Assembly: GCF_000143415.4 (NCBI RefSeq)
Contig: NW_003314299.1
Location: 1,552,559 to 1,616,558 of the forward strand
DNA length: 64,000 nt
From: Selaginella moellendorffii
Lineage: Eukaryota; Plantae; Lycopodiophyta
Reading direction: 5' to 3'
In this document: positions 1 through 11,439 of the stretch, in pieces
How the letters are laid out: each line of letters starts with the position of its first letter
Numbering within the stretch: the first letter of the stretch is position 1
The notes under the pieces: model-generated
Told to the model about the DNA's origin: nothing
The model's input: the letters and a program-made list of their open reading frames with translations, nothing else
Database searches by the model: none
Position numbers and translations under genes: made by a program

Positions 1-1233
1 TTGCCTCAAGTATCCCGGATCCTTGGAGCAAGCATCAAAGAGACTCACGTACACAACCTCGTCGGCTTTCATCCCTTGAAGATCCATGAAGCAAAAGAGC
101 TGTATGGCCTTCTCGCTGAATCCATGCATGGAGTAAGCTCCCACCAGGGCCGTGTAAGCAACGACATCGCGTTCGAGCTCGTGAATATCATAAAACACAG
201 CGATTGCAGCTTCTAGATTGCCAAACTTCGCATAAGACGTGATCAATGCGGTTCCGAGAACTCTGGAACGAGAGGTTTTCGTTGCCGAGGCTTGGATCTC
301 CGATTGAACGACGAGGGCGATGCTGAAAGACTCGCAAGACGCGAGAACGTTGAGGAAGGAGATATCGTCCGCTTGGACGCCTTCCAAGTCCATCAAACAA
401 AAAGCCCGGTACGCCTCCGTGAAAAGCCCGTTCCATGCATACGCCGCCACCATTGCATTCCAAGCAGCAGCAGTGGGAGAAGAAATGTTGTCAAAAAGTT
501 GGCGAGCTTTGAAAAGAGACCCCGCCTGTCGTCCCAGCAAGTGTATCACGGCACTCGCCACGAAAGGATTCGTCAAGTAGCCACTTTCGATGGCGATTTC
601 CACCACCATGTTTGTAAAAGCAGCGGGAAGAACCCCGCACGCACCGAAAATCCCAGTGAAAGTGAGAGAGCTCGGCTTTACTCCTTCCAAATTCATAAGC
701 TCGAAAAGAATCATGGCTTCTGCAGAATGCCATTTCTTGGCATAAGCAGTAAGCAAGCTATTCCATGCTACTACATTCTTTTCTGGCATCTTGTCAAAAA
801 ATTCTTTAGCTTCTGAAAATTTCTGGTTTTTGGTGTAGGAAACGAGCATGGTCGTCCGCGAAACCAAATCCTGGGAAGGCATTCTCTCGAAAACATCTCT
901 AGCTGTGTCAAGATCCCCGTTATGGGCATATGCTGTAAGAAGCAGAGTCCAGGAGAAAACATTGGGCTGCTGGATCCGATCAAACGCTGCTTGGGCGTCC
1001 ATGAGACTGCTAAAGTTTCCATACATCTGGACGAGCAAGTTCCCGAGGAAAGTATCGGTGTCAAAGCCGGAGTCTATCAGTTTCGTGTGGATCTCTTTCC
1101 CCTGTGCCAAGTCCGTGCAGTTCCGCAGCAAAGAGGCATAGGTGGAAGATGCCTGCTGAATAGAGAGGTTGCTCACTCGCTCCAATCGCTCCCTGAAAGG
1201 CCCAAGCGTCGCCCATCTCTGATCAATGGCCAT
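1..1233 (-). CDS. PLS-class pentatricopeptide repeat (PPR) protein, 5' part; runs off the left edge
   Basis: Manual translation from ATG 1233 gives an open frame to base 1 (absent from the ORF track, which lacks its stop). It contains MAIDQRW...FDTDTFLGNLLVQMYGNFSSLMDAQAAFDRIQQPNVFSWTLLLTAYAHNG...EKNVVAWNSLLTAY...ERDVVAYTALVGAYSMHG, typical P/L/S PPR motifs. Confidence 0.9.
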   Translation of the reverse strand, partial: MAIDQRWATLGPFRERLERVSNLSIQQASSTYASLLRNCTDLAQGKEIHTKLIDSGFDTDTFLGNLLVQMYGNFSSLMDAQAAFDRIQQPNVFSWTLLLTAYAHNGDLDTARDVFERMPSQDLVSRTTMLVSYTKNQKFSEAKEFFDKMPEKNVVAWNSLLTAYAKKWHSAEAMILFELMNLEGVKPSSLTFTGIFGACGVLPAAFTNMVVEIAIESGYLTNPFVASAVIHLLGRQAGSLFKARQLFDNISSPTAAAWNAMVAAYAWNGLFTEAYRAFCLMDLEGVQADDISFLNVLASCESFSIALVVQSEIQASATKTSRSRVLGTALITSYAKFGNLEAAIAVFYDIHELERDVVAYTALVGAYSMHGFSEKAIQLFCFMDLQGMKADEVVYVSLFDACSKDPGYLRQ

Positions 1234-1287
1234 ACATCTTTAAGAGATCGAAAAGATTTGTTAACATAACCTTGATTAGTGTGTAAA

Positions 1288-1354
1288 GCACTGCTGGTCT
1301 AGTGGAAGAATAGTATCCTGTGCCGGTACATATCCAGATTCGATTCCCGGGCAG
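1288..1354 (+). pseudogene. Degenerate tRNA-Gly copy, cut by the N gap
   Basis: GCACTGCTGGTCTAGTGGAAGAATAGTATCCTGTGCCGGTACATATCCAGATTCGATTCCCGGGCAG aligns to the intact tRNA-Gly at 1534-1604, with substitutions in the anticodon and T arms. Confidence 0.7.
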
Positions 1355-1454
1355 NNNNNNNNNNNNNNNNNNNNNNNNNNNNNNNNNNNNNNNNNNNNNN
1401 NNNNNNNNNNNNNNNNNNNNNNNNNNNNNNNNNNNNNNNNNNNNNNNNNNNNNN
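1355..1454. other. Assembly gap (100 N)
   Basis: Run of n. Confidence 1.
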
Positions 1455-1533
1455 TTTAGCGCGGTCATTCGAGTTTATATTACGTATAATTTTAATTATA
1501 TCGCTGTTTTAACAAGATTAACCAAAAATAAAA

Positions 1534-1604
1534 TGCACTGCCCGGGAATCGAACCCGGGTCTGTACCGTGGCAGGGTACTATTCTACCACTAGACCAGCA
1601 GTGC
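1534..1604 (-). tRNA. tRNA-Gly(GCC)
   Basis: Reverse complement is GCACTGCTGGTCTAGTGGTAGAATAGTACCCTGCCACGGTACAGACCCGGGTTCGATTCCCGGGCAGTGCA: 71 nt, A and B boxes, GCC anticodon, followed by a T-run. Confidence 0.97.
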
Positions 1605-1723
1605 TTTAGATAGTAAACAAGGTTATGTAGCAACGGTTTAGATATTAATTAAAACGAGCGTTCTGTTTTTAAATCAAACCATGAACCCTAAAACTTGCTA
1701 AAAATTTCATACAAATTCTCATA

Positions 1724-3567
1724 CTACACGATCTTCTTGATTTTCGAGAAAGACCCCGTTTCCGAAAAGTACGTTGATTGGGTACCGCTTCCAAGCAATG
1801 CAGCTTGCGCTGATGGATTCGAGAGCTCGATACCCTGCCGAAGAACCGAAAAGAAAATCACCACTTTTCTCGAAACAAAGAAAACAAAAACGAAAGAGGA
1901 GTACCTGAACCGGCGTGAACGCTAAACTAGAGGTGAGACCAGACGTAGCTCCACTGCTCCCATACTTCTTCTCTTTAAACCTGCAAATCGAAACACAGAG
2001 AATCAGCCCAAGTCTCTCAAAAGCTGGCAAACGCGAGGAGAGAAGAGATCTTACTTCTTCACTTTGGTCGAAAGCTTGCTCGGTCCAGCCGATATCCTCA
2101 GCTTGCCACTCCCTGCCTGGCCGAGCATCCCATAGCCTTCACCCAACCCGTCTCCCAGTGAACTCTCCTCCGGGATGTTAAAGCTCATCCGGTTGGCAAG
2201 CTTGCGCATGTCCGTCATCGCGTACCTTAAAGCAAGGAAACAAGCTCGTAACTTGGTCGCAAACCAGCTCACGACGAGGCCATACCTCTCCTTCATCTTC
2301 CTCAATCGCCTCCCTCCTCGCTTCTTCTTTGGGTCCGAGTCGGGCACCGGGAGTGGCTTGGGCTGCTTTGGCGGAGGCGGCTCCTGCCACTTCTCAATCT
2401 TCTTTTGTATCTCCTCCCTAAAAGCCCGTCCAGTTTGCCCGAGACGATCCCCCATTGTAGCGTCCACACGGGCCGCCAGCGTCGACTTGCCGGACACGAG
2501 ACGAGCAGCTCGAGTTCTCAGCGATGGCGGGCTGCCTTGGACGATCTCCGAGTGGAAGATGAAGCCGGTGTGAGGATTGAGCGTAGCCGACGAGAAGCCT
2601 GCCGAGTTCTTCTTCTTGACGCCGAGGATCTGTACGTTGCACGCCGGCATCTTCGATAGAGCTGAGAGACCACCGGCCGTTCCCATCAGTTTTGCTGCCA
2701 CCGCGCTTCCCAGTATGGCCGACAGGTTTGGAGCGATGAAGGCCATCCTGCTCTCCACGAAATTCAGCACCTTTTTCTTCGACTCGTCAAGGTCCAGGGC
2801 CCGGTCACAGGCATCCAGCGTCTTTTGCAGGACTTCTTCGGCTAGAGGCTTGCCGTTGGTCGTAGAAGCCGTGACTGAAACCACCATGATCGTCGCTGAT
2901 GGGAGTACTCCCTCGAGATCCACCAAGGTGAGGTCCATCTCGTTCCCAATCCTCTTGACGACTCGAGCATAGTCAATGGGATGCTGTACCAGGGACTCGA
3001 GCTCCGGGAACTTTAGCCGGTACTTATCTCTGATGTAGTTGTGTATCACCCCTATCTCGTTGTCGATGTCAACCGAGAGAGTGTTACACTCCACGATCAG
3101 CTGGTACTCCGGATCATCTTCCGAGAGCTTGGCCATGGTAGCAGGAACTCCAGACTCGATTGCCTCGTCCACTTTCTGGAAAGAAAAGGAGTTTGAATAA
3201 CCGAAAGAGAAAGGGAAGCTCTAGAGCAAGAACAAAGAACTCACCTTCATGAGGTCATGGTACCGCGGAGTGTTTTGGAGCTTCGCAACCGTGTTAAGAT
3301 CATCGTAGTTTACCTCGACGTCGGGCATCTCCACATCCTCTTTGCCCAGCTCGTCGTCCTCTCCAGCTTCTTCCTGCGATGCCAAAACGCCTATTAGGAG
3401 AGGTTAGACACAAAATACGCGAAAGAACGCTCCCCTACCTCGCCCGGCGCCTCATTGTCTGAGAGATCGTCGAGATCGGCAAGAAAAGAATCCGCCAGCG
3501 TCGCCTGCACAGAATCGCACAGAGAATCAGCGCCAAAGATCGCCATCGCGATCGCCACACTCACCAT
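1724..3567 (-). CDS. PRP31: U4/U6.U5 tri-snRNP protein PRP31 (multi-exon; first exon contributes only the ATG)
   Basis: Spliced N-terminus MATLADSFLADLDDLSDNE. NOSIC/Nop motifs HNYIRDKYRLKFPELESLV, APNLSAILGSAVAAKLMGTAGGL and KKKRGGRRLRKMKER. C-terminus SGLTSSLAFTPVQGIELSNP...YFSETGSFSKIKKIV*. GT-AG introns include a 60-nt in-frame one (~2226-2285). Confidence 0.96.
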
Positions 3568-3578
3568 TCTCGCGTAGC

Positions 3579-3588
3579 AAAACCCTAA
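3579..3588. promoter_or_regulatory. Telo-box (AAACCCTAA) just 5' of PRP31; similar boxes at 14046-14054 (TSR3) and 18812-18820 (ACINUS, near site II GGCCCA ~18854)
   Basis: Motifs seen directly. Telo-boxes and site II elements are known in plant ribosome-biogenesis and RNA-processing gene promoters. Confidence 0.55.
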
Positions 3589-3601
3589 GTTATGAAGAAC
3601 C

Positions 3602-6019
3602 CTAACTTTCTTCCTGGATTATATTCGCGAAAAGGATGTGGATGGAACCACTGCTCTTGCCGCCACGAAGCATGGCTTCCTTCGCGATGCGCTCTCCGCG
3701 CTGGAAATCCCTGTGGATCTTGCAAGAGCTCACGATCGACGCCCAGGCGCTGGAGCTCGGCTCGAATGGCATCGATCGGACGAGCTCCTCGGCGAATCCC
3801 AGCTGCCCGGCCCTCCCAAACACATCGGCCATGGCGCTGTAGTGCTCCAGCGAGGGCTTCACGCCATAATCCTCCTCCATGAGCGCCAGATAGCTCCTTC
3901 CAGCTCCAACCAGCCCGATCCTGCTACACGCCGCCATGGCGCTCGCGATAGCGAACTCGTCCGGCAGGAATCCCTCCAGCTCCATCGATCGCAGCAGCCA
4001 GATCGATTCCACAGCACTGTCGGAGTGGCTGAATGCGCCAATGATCGCGTTCCAGGACGCGATGTCGCGGTAGAGCATTCGATCAAACACCGCCTTAGCG
4101 CGATCTAGACGCCCGGTATAAGAAAACGCGACGATCAGCGCGTTCCAGGAGATAATATCGCGATCCAGCATTCGATCGAAGAGCGCCAGCACCTCCCCGA
4201 CATGCCCGTTCGCGGCATAGCCCGCGATTAGGGTATTCCATGCTACAGTGCTCCAGCGGGGCATATTCTCCAGTAAGACGCGGGCATCTTGGAGGTACCC
4301 GGCCTGAGTATATGCCGATACCATCGTCGCCCAGGACACGGCGTCCCAGCGCGGCATTCTATCAAACAACGTTTTGGCCTCCTCAAGATGCCCAGTGTCG
4401 GCATTTGAAGAGATCATGATATTCCAAGTTACCACGTCTCGATGGATCATCGCCTGGAACATAGATTTGGCTCGATCATAGAAACCTCTAGAGATAAATC
4501 CAGAGAGCATTGCATTAGAGGAGACAACGTCGTGATCAGGCATTCGATTGAAGAAGAAATCAGCGGCAAGGTCTAGCTGCTTGAATTGGGCGTGGGCGGT
4601 GATGATGATCGTCCAGGCAGAGAGATTCCACTCGGGCATGGCGTCGAAGAAGATGTGCCTTGCGTCTTCCAGTTGCCCGGATTGGGTGTAGGATTGAAGA
4701 ACAGTCGCCCACGAGACAATGTCTCTCTGGTCCATCTTTGCGAAGAGATTTCTCGTTTCCTCGCCTCGACCCTCTTGGGTGTAGCCCGCGAGGATCATGT
4801 TCCATGAGACCACATCTCGGTGCTCCGCCATAGCCTCGAAGAACTCTCTTGCGCGACAGAGGTTTCCACTCTGGACAAAAGCTGCGATCATCGTGTTGGC
4901 TATCATGGTGTTCCACTCGGGCATCCGATCGAAGAGGAGCTTTGCTTGAGAGATCATCTGCCGGTGCTGCCCCATGATCGAGAGCATCGCGCTCCAGGAC
5001 ACAAGGTTTCGCAAGGGCATTGAATCAAACGTCGTGATCGCGTCGTCTATCCGGCCGCTGTCACCATACACAACGACAAGCGCGGTCCACGCGACAATGT
5101 TGGGCTCCGGGATCGATCGAAAAGCTTCTTCGGCAAGATCGAAATGCCCAGACTGGGCATATGCTTGAACAAGGCAAGTCCAAGACACAACATTCCTTTC
5201 CGGCATTGCTGCGAATGTTATTTCCACACCATGCAAGTCGCAAGCCGAGGAATATGCTTCCAACATAGTTGTCCACGAAATTATATTTCTTTCCTTCATG
5301 CTAGCGAAGAGAATCTCACATTCCAGAAAATACCCTTCCTGGGCATTTGCAGAGAGCATTGTGTTCCAAGTTACTACGTCGTGTTCCGGCATTGCGTAGT
5401 ACAGTGCCCTAGCCTCTGAGAGGGAACCCAGTCGTACGGACGCCGCCACCATAGTGTTCCACGAGAATATATTCTTCTCCGGCATCTCCTTGAAGATTGA
5501 TTTTGCCTTTTGCAAATGCCCTTCACGGGCATATGCTACCATTATGGTGTTCCAGGTAACAACGTTTCTCTCCGGCATAGAATCAAACAGGGATTTAGCT
5601 GATATGAGCGACTCGTTTTGTGAGTAGCCAGAGATTAGGGTCGTCCAGGCCACCACGTCGTGCTGCGGCATGGAATCAAAGAGAAACCGCGCTTCCTCCA
5701 GATGCCCACGCTGGGCATAGCACCCAAGGATGATCTTCCACGACAGGAGATCCGGCGCTTCCATGGCGTCGAAAGCTGCCCTAGCGAGCGCCAATTCGCC
5801 ACATCGCGCGTACATTTGGAGCAGGATATTGAGCAGCGCTCCATCGTGCCTCAAATCGCTGGAAGAAGAAATCCACTTGTGGATCAATCGTCCGCGAGCC
5901 AAATCCCTCGATTGCGCGCAGCTCGCAAGGATCGATTGGAAGTAGAATCGCCGCTGGAGAGTCGAATTGGAATTGGGATTGACGACGCCCAGCTCCAATT
6001 CCCTGGCGGCGTGGAGCAT
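3602..6019 (-). CDS. PLS-class PPR protein, E-type (no DYW); probable organellar RNA-editing factor
   Basis: 805-aa intronless ORF with ~20 31-aa repeats (xDVVSWNxMxxAYxQxG..A..LF..MP). It ends with VKPSLEHYSAMADVFGRAGQL...MPFEPSSSAWASIVSSCKIHRD (E motifs). Confidence 0.95.
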   Translation of the reverse strand: MLHAARELELGVVNPNSNSTLQRRFYFQSILASCAQSRDLARGRLIHKWISSSSDLRHDGALLNILLQMYARCGELALARAAFDAMEAPDLLSWKIILGCYAQRGHLEEARFLFDSMPQHDVVAWTTLISGYSQNESLISAKSLFDSMPERNVVTWNTIMVAYAREGHLQKAKSIFKEMPEKNIFSWNTMVAASVRLGSLSEARALYYAMPEHDVVTWNTMLSANAQEGYFLECEILFASMKERNIISWTTMLEAYSSACDLHGVEITFAAMPERNVVSWTCLVQAYAQSGHFDLAEEAFRSIPEPNIVAWTALVVVYGDSGRIDDAITTFDSMPLRNLVSWSAMLSIMGQHRQMISQAKLLFDRMPEWNTMIANTMIAAFVQSGNLCRAREFFEAMAEHRDVVSWNMILAGYTQEGRGEETRNLFAKMDQRDIVSWATVLQSYTQSGQLEDARHIFFDAMPEWNLSAWTIIITAHAQFKQLDLAADFFFNRMPDHDVVSSNAMLSGFISRGFYDRAKSMFQAMIHRDVVTWNIMISSNADTGHLEEAKTLFDRMPRWDAVSWATMVSAYTQAGYLQDARVLLENMPRWSTVAWNTLIAGYAANGHVGEVLALFDRMLDRDIISWNALIVAFSYTGRLDRAKAVFDRMLYRDIASWNAIIGAFSHSDSAVESIWLLRSMELEGFLPDEFAIASAMAACSRIGLVGAGRSYLALMEEDYGVKPSLEHYSAMADVFGRAGQLGFAEELVRSMPFEPSSSAWASIVSSCKIHRDFQRGERIAKEAMLRGGKSSGSIHILFANIIQEES

Positions 6020-6116
6020 TCCAGAAGGACACGTGGCGAGCGGCCATTTGTTTCTCTTGAGCGCCTATGTGGCTCCACATGACCCTAGGTTTGGAGTGTG
6101 GAGGAGAGGAGCGATT

Positions 6117-7401
6117 ATGCAGCGCCAAGGGAGGAGCGGCAACGCAAATGGAGGCGGCGGCGATGGTAGCGGCGATTACCGGCGAGGAGGCGGCGGGGCA
6201 TTCCCTGATCCATTCGCTGGGTTTGGCGGATTTGGCTTCGGTGGCAGCATGATGCAAAATTTCTTTGGCGGCCGCGATCCCTTCGACGATCCCTTCTTCA
6301 ATCGGCCGTTTGGGAGCTTGTTTGGAGGATTTCCAGACAATAATCCCTTCGATCACAGGCGCGATGGCGGTTTCTTGGAGAATAGGCCTTTTCATTCACA
6401 GCAGGTATGTCTGAGTTTTTTCGTTCTTGTTTCTGTCGAGAAAGCTTTCTTTTGAGGAGTTTGCTAAGAACTTCGGTGTCTAGGAGAACCGGAGAGGCCC
6501 TATTATCGAAGAAATCGAGGACGATCATCCTCACGCGACTGGGTCGAGCCAAGAACCGATTGTGGAGCATCCAGACGATGATGTGAGGCCTGGTTAGTAG
6601 TCAATTGGAAACAATATTTTTTCTTACGGGTTTTCCCATGTATAAGCTTGAAGCATCTTACAGTCGTGAATTTGTTCCAGACCGTAGGCAAAGGGTGACA
6701 AGCCGTCACCAGGGTCCTCTCGTGAACCATCGAGATGACGGAGGTTTTCAATCGTATTCTTTCCAAAGCTCGTCTTTCAGCTACGGGGGACCGAATGGCA
6801 ACTATTACGCCTCTTCGACGGCAAGGAGGCGAGGTCCAAATGGGGTACGCATTTTCTTTGTGTGGTTATTTTTCTATGCTAGCTCCGATCGCGCAGGTTG
6901 TTCACGAAGAACATCATGAAAAGGACTCTTCTAGTAAATCTGAGACGCACAGGGTATCGAGGGGAATTCATGACAAGGTGCCTATAGGTGTATGGTTTTT
7001 GTCAGAATGAGGCTCATGTTTTAGTTAATATCAGGGCCATTCCTTGACTCGTAAGCGCAACGCAGAGGGACGGGAAGAAAATCTCCAAACACTTCACAAC
7101 CTGGGCGAAGGTACTTTTCTTTCTGGCTAAGCTGACATTGACTACAGCGTCATCAACGTTACAGAGGAAGTTCCTGAGTTCGAGAAGCGTTGGGAATTCG
7201 AAGCCGAACGCAACCTTCCTGGCTGGAACAGGAACAGAGCAAGGTCGCTAGCTGGAGGAGGCAACGAAGGTTTGAACTTCTAAAGAATTCTTTTTCAGCT
7301 AATAATGGAGTTTCTTTCGGTATTTAGGAAGTCGTCAACGGGCTGCCTTACCTTCTGGATCTTCTGGATCTTCTGGATGGTCTGGTGCCAGACAAGCTTG
7401 A
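6117..7401 (+). CDS. Myeloid leukemia factor (MLF)-like glycine-rich protein, multi-exon
   Basis: FFGGRDPFDDPFFNRPFGSLFGG, GPIIEEIEDD, YSFQSSSFSYGGPNGNYY, HRVSRGIHDKGHSLTRKRN...LQTLHNL...FEKRW, all joined by GT-AG introns. Confidence 0.85.
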
Positions 7402-8138
7402 GACGCACGTATTCAAATCACGAACGAGTTTCTGGTCGTTCGTGATAACCATCGTCATAGTACACGAGGTCTATATTTACGTAGTAAACGGGCCATAGAG
7501 CCGGTTTGTTGAAGGGATAGAACCTTTTAGAGGCTCTTTCTCTTGCTGTGCCATTCTTCATGCCGGCAAGGAAGAATATCATCCTACTTACTGTCGCGCA
7601 TTGGATTTGTTTTTTTGTTCTTATCAGTGTAGCTAACTGGACTTCTTGCATGGTCGATCAGATTAGTTGGTCAATCATCTTAATCTATCTGTCCTTTTTC
7701 CTCTGGTGCTAACAGATCGCATTGACATCTGCATGGGCAAATTCAGTTACGGCTGTCTCAAAAAGAACAGGTTTTTGAATCCGAATTCTTCGTCTAACGA
7801 TCTTTTTCTCTTTTGCAGGAGTCAGAGCGGAGGCTACTTAAAGGTGTGTAGGTGGAGAAGTTGTGGCAGGAGCAAAGGCAACAGTAAAGAGACAGGCAGC
7901 TCATTTGGCCTGTGCTCTATCTCTTCTCGATTTTCTTCTTTCAATAAGCGCCTGTGGTGGGCTGTTTAGCAGGCCGCGATTGGGGAGCTTCCCGTGTGGT
8001 GCAGCTGATTCACATGTACATGCAGGAGGATACCTGCGATTGTATGTAAGTACCTTCAGAATTTGGGTTCTTCTGAATTTCCTGCTCGTGCTTTTTGTAG
8101 ATGCGTCAGAGGAACGAGCTAGACGCAACGAGAACGCG

Positions 8139-9712
8139 ATGGAGGCTGCTGCAAGTAGATTTTTTGGATCTACAATTTCGCGAGATGGGCCTTTTGGCTC
8201 TGGTTCACTCAAGTGTCAACACCAACACGAATGCTCTCCAGTGGTGCAGTGTATGAGAGATTTAGTCAGCAGCGTTCCGAAATTGAACGGTTCCCGGACC
8301 CATATCAGCAGCAGCGAGAGCTTGAAGGCGACAATACCCAACAAGTCCGTGGCTTTCAAGGACTATCACGGCGATGTTAATGACTACATTCCTCTGCTCG
8401 CAGCTGCAATCATCGCGGTCGACAAGAACAAGCAGCAGCAGGAAGTCAGCTTACGTGAGAGATCAGCGCAGATGAAAAGGGGCAGACTTCTGGAGAATGA
8501 TTTGGTCTACCGGCAAAGATTTGTTATCAGGTCGTACGAAGTCGGATTCGACAGATTGGCTTCAATTGAAACACTTACAAATCTCTTCCAGGTGAATGAA
8601 ATTTTTTTCTGGCACTGCTCAAACTTTTATGTTTATTTTCCTTCTGACGTATAAGAAATCTACACAGGAGACTGCTCTCAACCATGTTGGCATGTCGGAC
8701 TTTGTTGGTGACGGGCTTGGAACAACACATGCAATGATGCGAAATGGTCTTATATGGGTTGTAACGAGAATGCATATTGATGTTGATCGATATCCAGTCT
8801 GGTAAGCATCCTGTTTTTGTTTTCTCGTTGCGTTTCTGAAGCTAGAGCAGGGGTGACATTGTTGAGATCGACTCTTGGATCCATGGTGCTGGCAAGAATT
8901 TTATCCGTCGTGATTTTATGGTTCGGGATTTTACAACTGGAGCGACTGTCTGTCGAGCAACGAGGTAGGCATTTACTTTCTATCTTTGTTGAAACTGAGA
9001 CCGTGAAATTTTTAGTACCTGGGCGATGATGAACAAGAGCACAAGACGCCTTTCCAAAATTCCAGACGATGTCTTCGCAGAAATATCCCCATACTTCCTT
9101 GACCGGCACGTAATGGAGGATGATGCCTGCCAGAAAATTGTAAAGCTGGACGACACTGCGATGTATGTACAAAAGAATCTCGTGGTAAGCACTAGCTAGC
9201 GGATCGAAGCCTCCTTTATTCTCCTTTACTTTCCTTGCGAGTGACTTCTGACATTTTGACGCTCGCTTTTGACAGCCAAGGCTCCATGACATGGATATGA
9301 ACCAGCATGTCAATAACGTCAAGTATATCGGCTGGGTGCTCGAGGTAAAAATCCTCTTTTTTCTTTTTTTATTTTCGACTAGCTTTGAGCTAAACCTGTG
9401 CTTTGATTCCAGAGCGTTCCACAGGCACTGCTCGTAGCTCACGAGCTGATGAGCATGACGCTAGAGTACCGGAGAGAGTGCGCTGCGTCCGACATAGTTA
9501 CGTCTCTGACGAGCCCAGCGCCGAGCGAGTCGAGCGTGGCAGCCATGAGCAACTTGAAGGAGCTGGGGCCGCCCGACATTGGCAACCCGGTGATCACGAC
9601 CAAGGGAAGCCTCCACTACACCCATCTCCTGAGAATGCAGGACAGCGGCTGCGAGATCCTGCGAGGAAGAACAGTGTGGAGACTGAAGGAGCGATTCTCT
9701 TCCTCATCTTAG
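8139..9712 (+). CDS. FATB: Acyl-ACP thioesterase (FatB-like), multi-exon, with spliced 5' leader
   Basis: YRQRFVIRSYEVGFDRLASIETLTNLFQETALNH, GDGLGTTHAMMRNGLIWVVTRMHIDVDRYPVW, DMDMNQHVNNVKYIGWVLES, MTLEYRREC and EILRGRTVW. Confidence 0.92.
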
Positions 9713-9810
9713 ACGCGCCTCCAATGATACAAATAATCTCTCGAACAAAAGGTACTAGATCTCAAAGATGCGTTGGATTGGATCTAACATTCTTTGCTGC
9801 TTTGGTTTTG

Positions 9811-10700
9811 CTAGAAACAAAGGTGATTATCAGTGACAATGTCTGGCCTGGGCTTCATCACGGCGGGGCACGGGCGGAGCCTTGGCGGCGACTTGAAGTC
9901 GGTGTTGTACGTACTGTCGTGCTCGAACCGCCGGTCGAGCGGCTCCGCCAGCGCGTTCTTGAGCTGCCTCCCGCGCAGCGGCGACTCTACGCCGGGATCC
10001 CGGAACTTATCCATGTAAGTCGTCCGCGCATTGAATCGACCACCCAGCTTCCCCAGCGCCGACGCGATGTTATCGGGTGTGGGCTTCTCGGGCAGCCTGC
10101 GGGGGACGAAGCCGGGGCCGTAGTTCTTCTCGTTGTAGAACTCGAGCCGCTTGGTGGGCTTGTTGGTCACGTCCCAGAAGCTGGTGCTGTAAGTGGTGAG
10201 GCCGGAGAAGGCCCCCGGGGGATCAAAGCCGGTTGGATCGGTGAGGAGGCGATTGGGAGCGCGCTTGTGGATCGGCCACCAGCGGTAGTCGCTGGCTTGG
10301 GTGGTGGATCCGGAGAAGGATGGCTGGTCGCGGTGGGGTGGTGGGAAGGCGATTGGATTCCTGGGACGAGCGTGGAAGTCGCGGAAGTTTGCGCTGTAGT
10401 CGGTGTTGGCGTTGGTGTAAGTGCCGCTGGGGAGGCAGCCGTCGAGAGTCTTGCCTGTGCCGACCGTGCGTGGGTTGCCCGAGAGGGGCTTGGCGGAGTA
10501 GAAGTGGGCGTAGGTGGTGGCGTCGGTGAGGCGGGCGTGGCGGGGGTCTGCCGGGGAGATGTTGCGCGGGCGGGGGATGCGTGTTGTGGTGGACGGCGAT
10601 GGCGGGCATGAGGAGTCTCGGCGTGGATGGCAGAGCGTGGTGTGCTTGCCGCAGGTGCACACGGTACACATGCATAGTTTGCACCATTGTGGTTGTGATT
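9811..10700 (-). CDS. SAXO/FAM154-like (STOP/Mn-repeat) microtubule-stabilising protein; 5' end uncertain
   Basis: N-terminal CKLCMCTVCTCGKH motif, then repeats FSGSTTQASDY, FSGLTTYSTSF, FNARTTYMDKF and FEHDSTYNTDF in a Pro/Arg-rich, GC3-rich frame. Acceptor TTCCAG at ~10701. Confidence 0.7.
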
Positions 10701-11439
10701 CCTGGAAGGAAAGATCCGGGATTTCTCGCGGAAGTGTTAGTGAGAAGGGGGATCTTGAGAATCGAGAAGGGACGCCGCTAGATATTCTCACCGGATAGAT
10801 GATCGATCGACAAGAAGGGGAAAGATCGAGAAGAAAAGGGGAAAGAAAGAAGGAAGATTGAAATATAGAGTGAGAGGGGAAGCGGTGGAGAAGGAAAGAT
10901 GGAGGGAAAGTGGACAGACCGCTCGATACCACTGGAATTCACTCGAGTCTCCGACGTACCTGACCAGAGATCTACGCGTTCTAATATTGCAAATGTGGGA
11001 TGGATTGCGACGAACAACCTGGCTCGTGGAGCAACCCGACGCCTCATCCTCGCGGCTGGGCGCCATTAAAATTTCAAAGCGTTGCGCCCTAATATGAATC
11101 GTTTGGAATTTTTTGTTATATTCAAGTAAAACCATCACGCCTTTTATTTTTGGTGCACTCCTGGACTTTTGGGAAGAGTGTAATTATTTATGTAAAAGAT
11201 AAAATAAAAAAATGGATTAAATTATTAAATGTTGCCATTGTCAATCTTCCATGGACACATCATTTAGAACAATAAAAAATATTTCTAATTTTTCTATGCA
11301 AAAGTTTAATGTTTTGCAAATTTATAAATATTATGTAACTTTTTTGTGTTCACATTTTCTCAAGAAGCTTAATTTCAAGGTATCGAAAATATAGTCAAGT
11401 TATCAAAATTGTCAATTTATTTTACATATTTTACATAGT

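Noticed and set aside
9403-10611. 402-aa plus-strand ORF
   Set aside because: It is an off-frame overlap of the last FAT exon and the antisense shadow of the GC-rich SAXO-like CDS.
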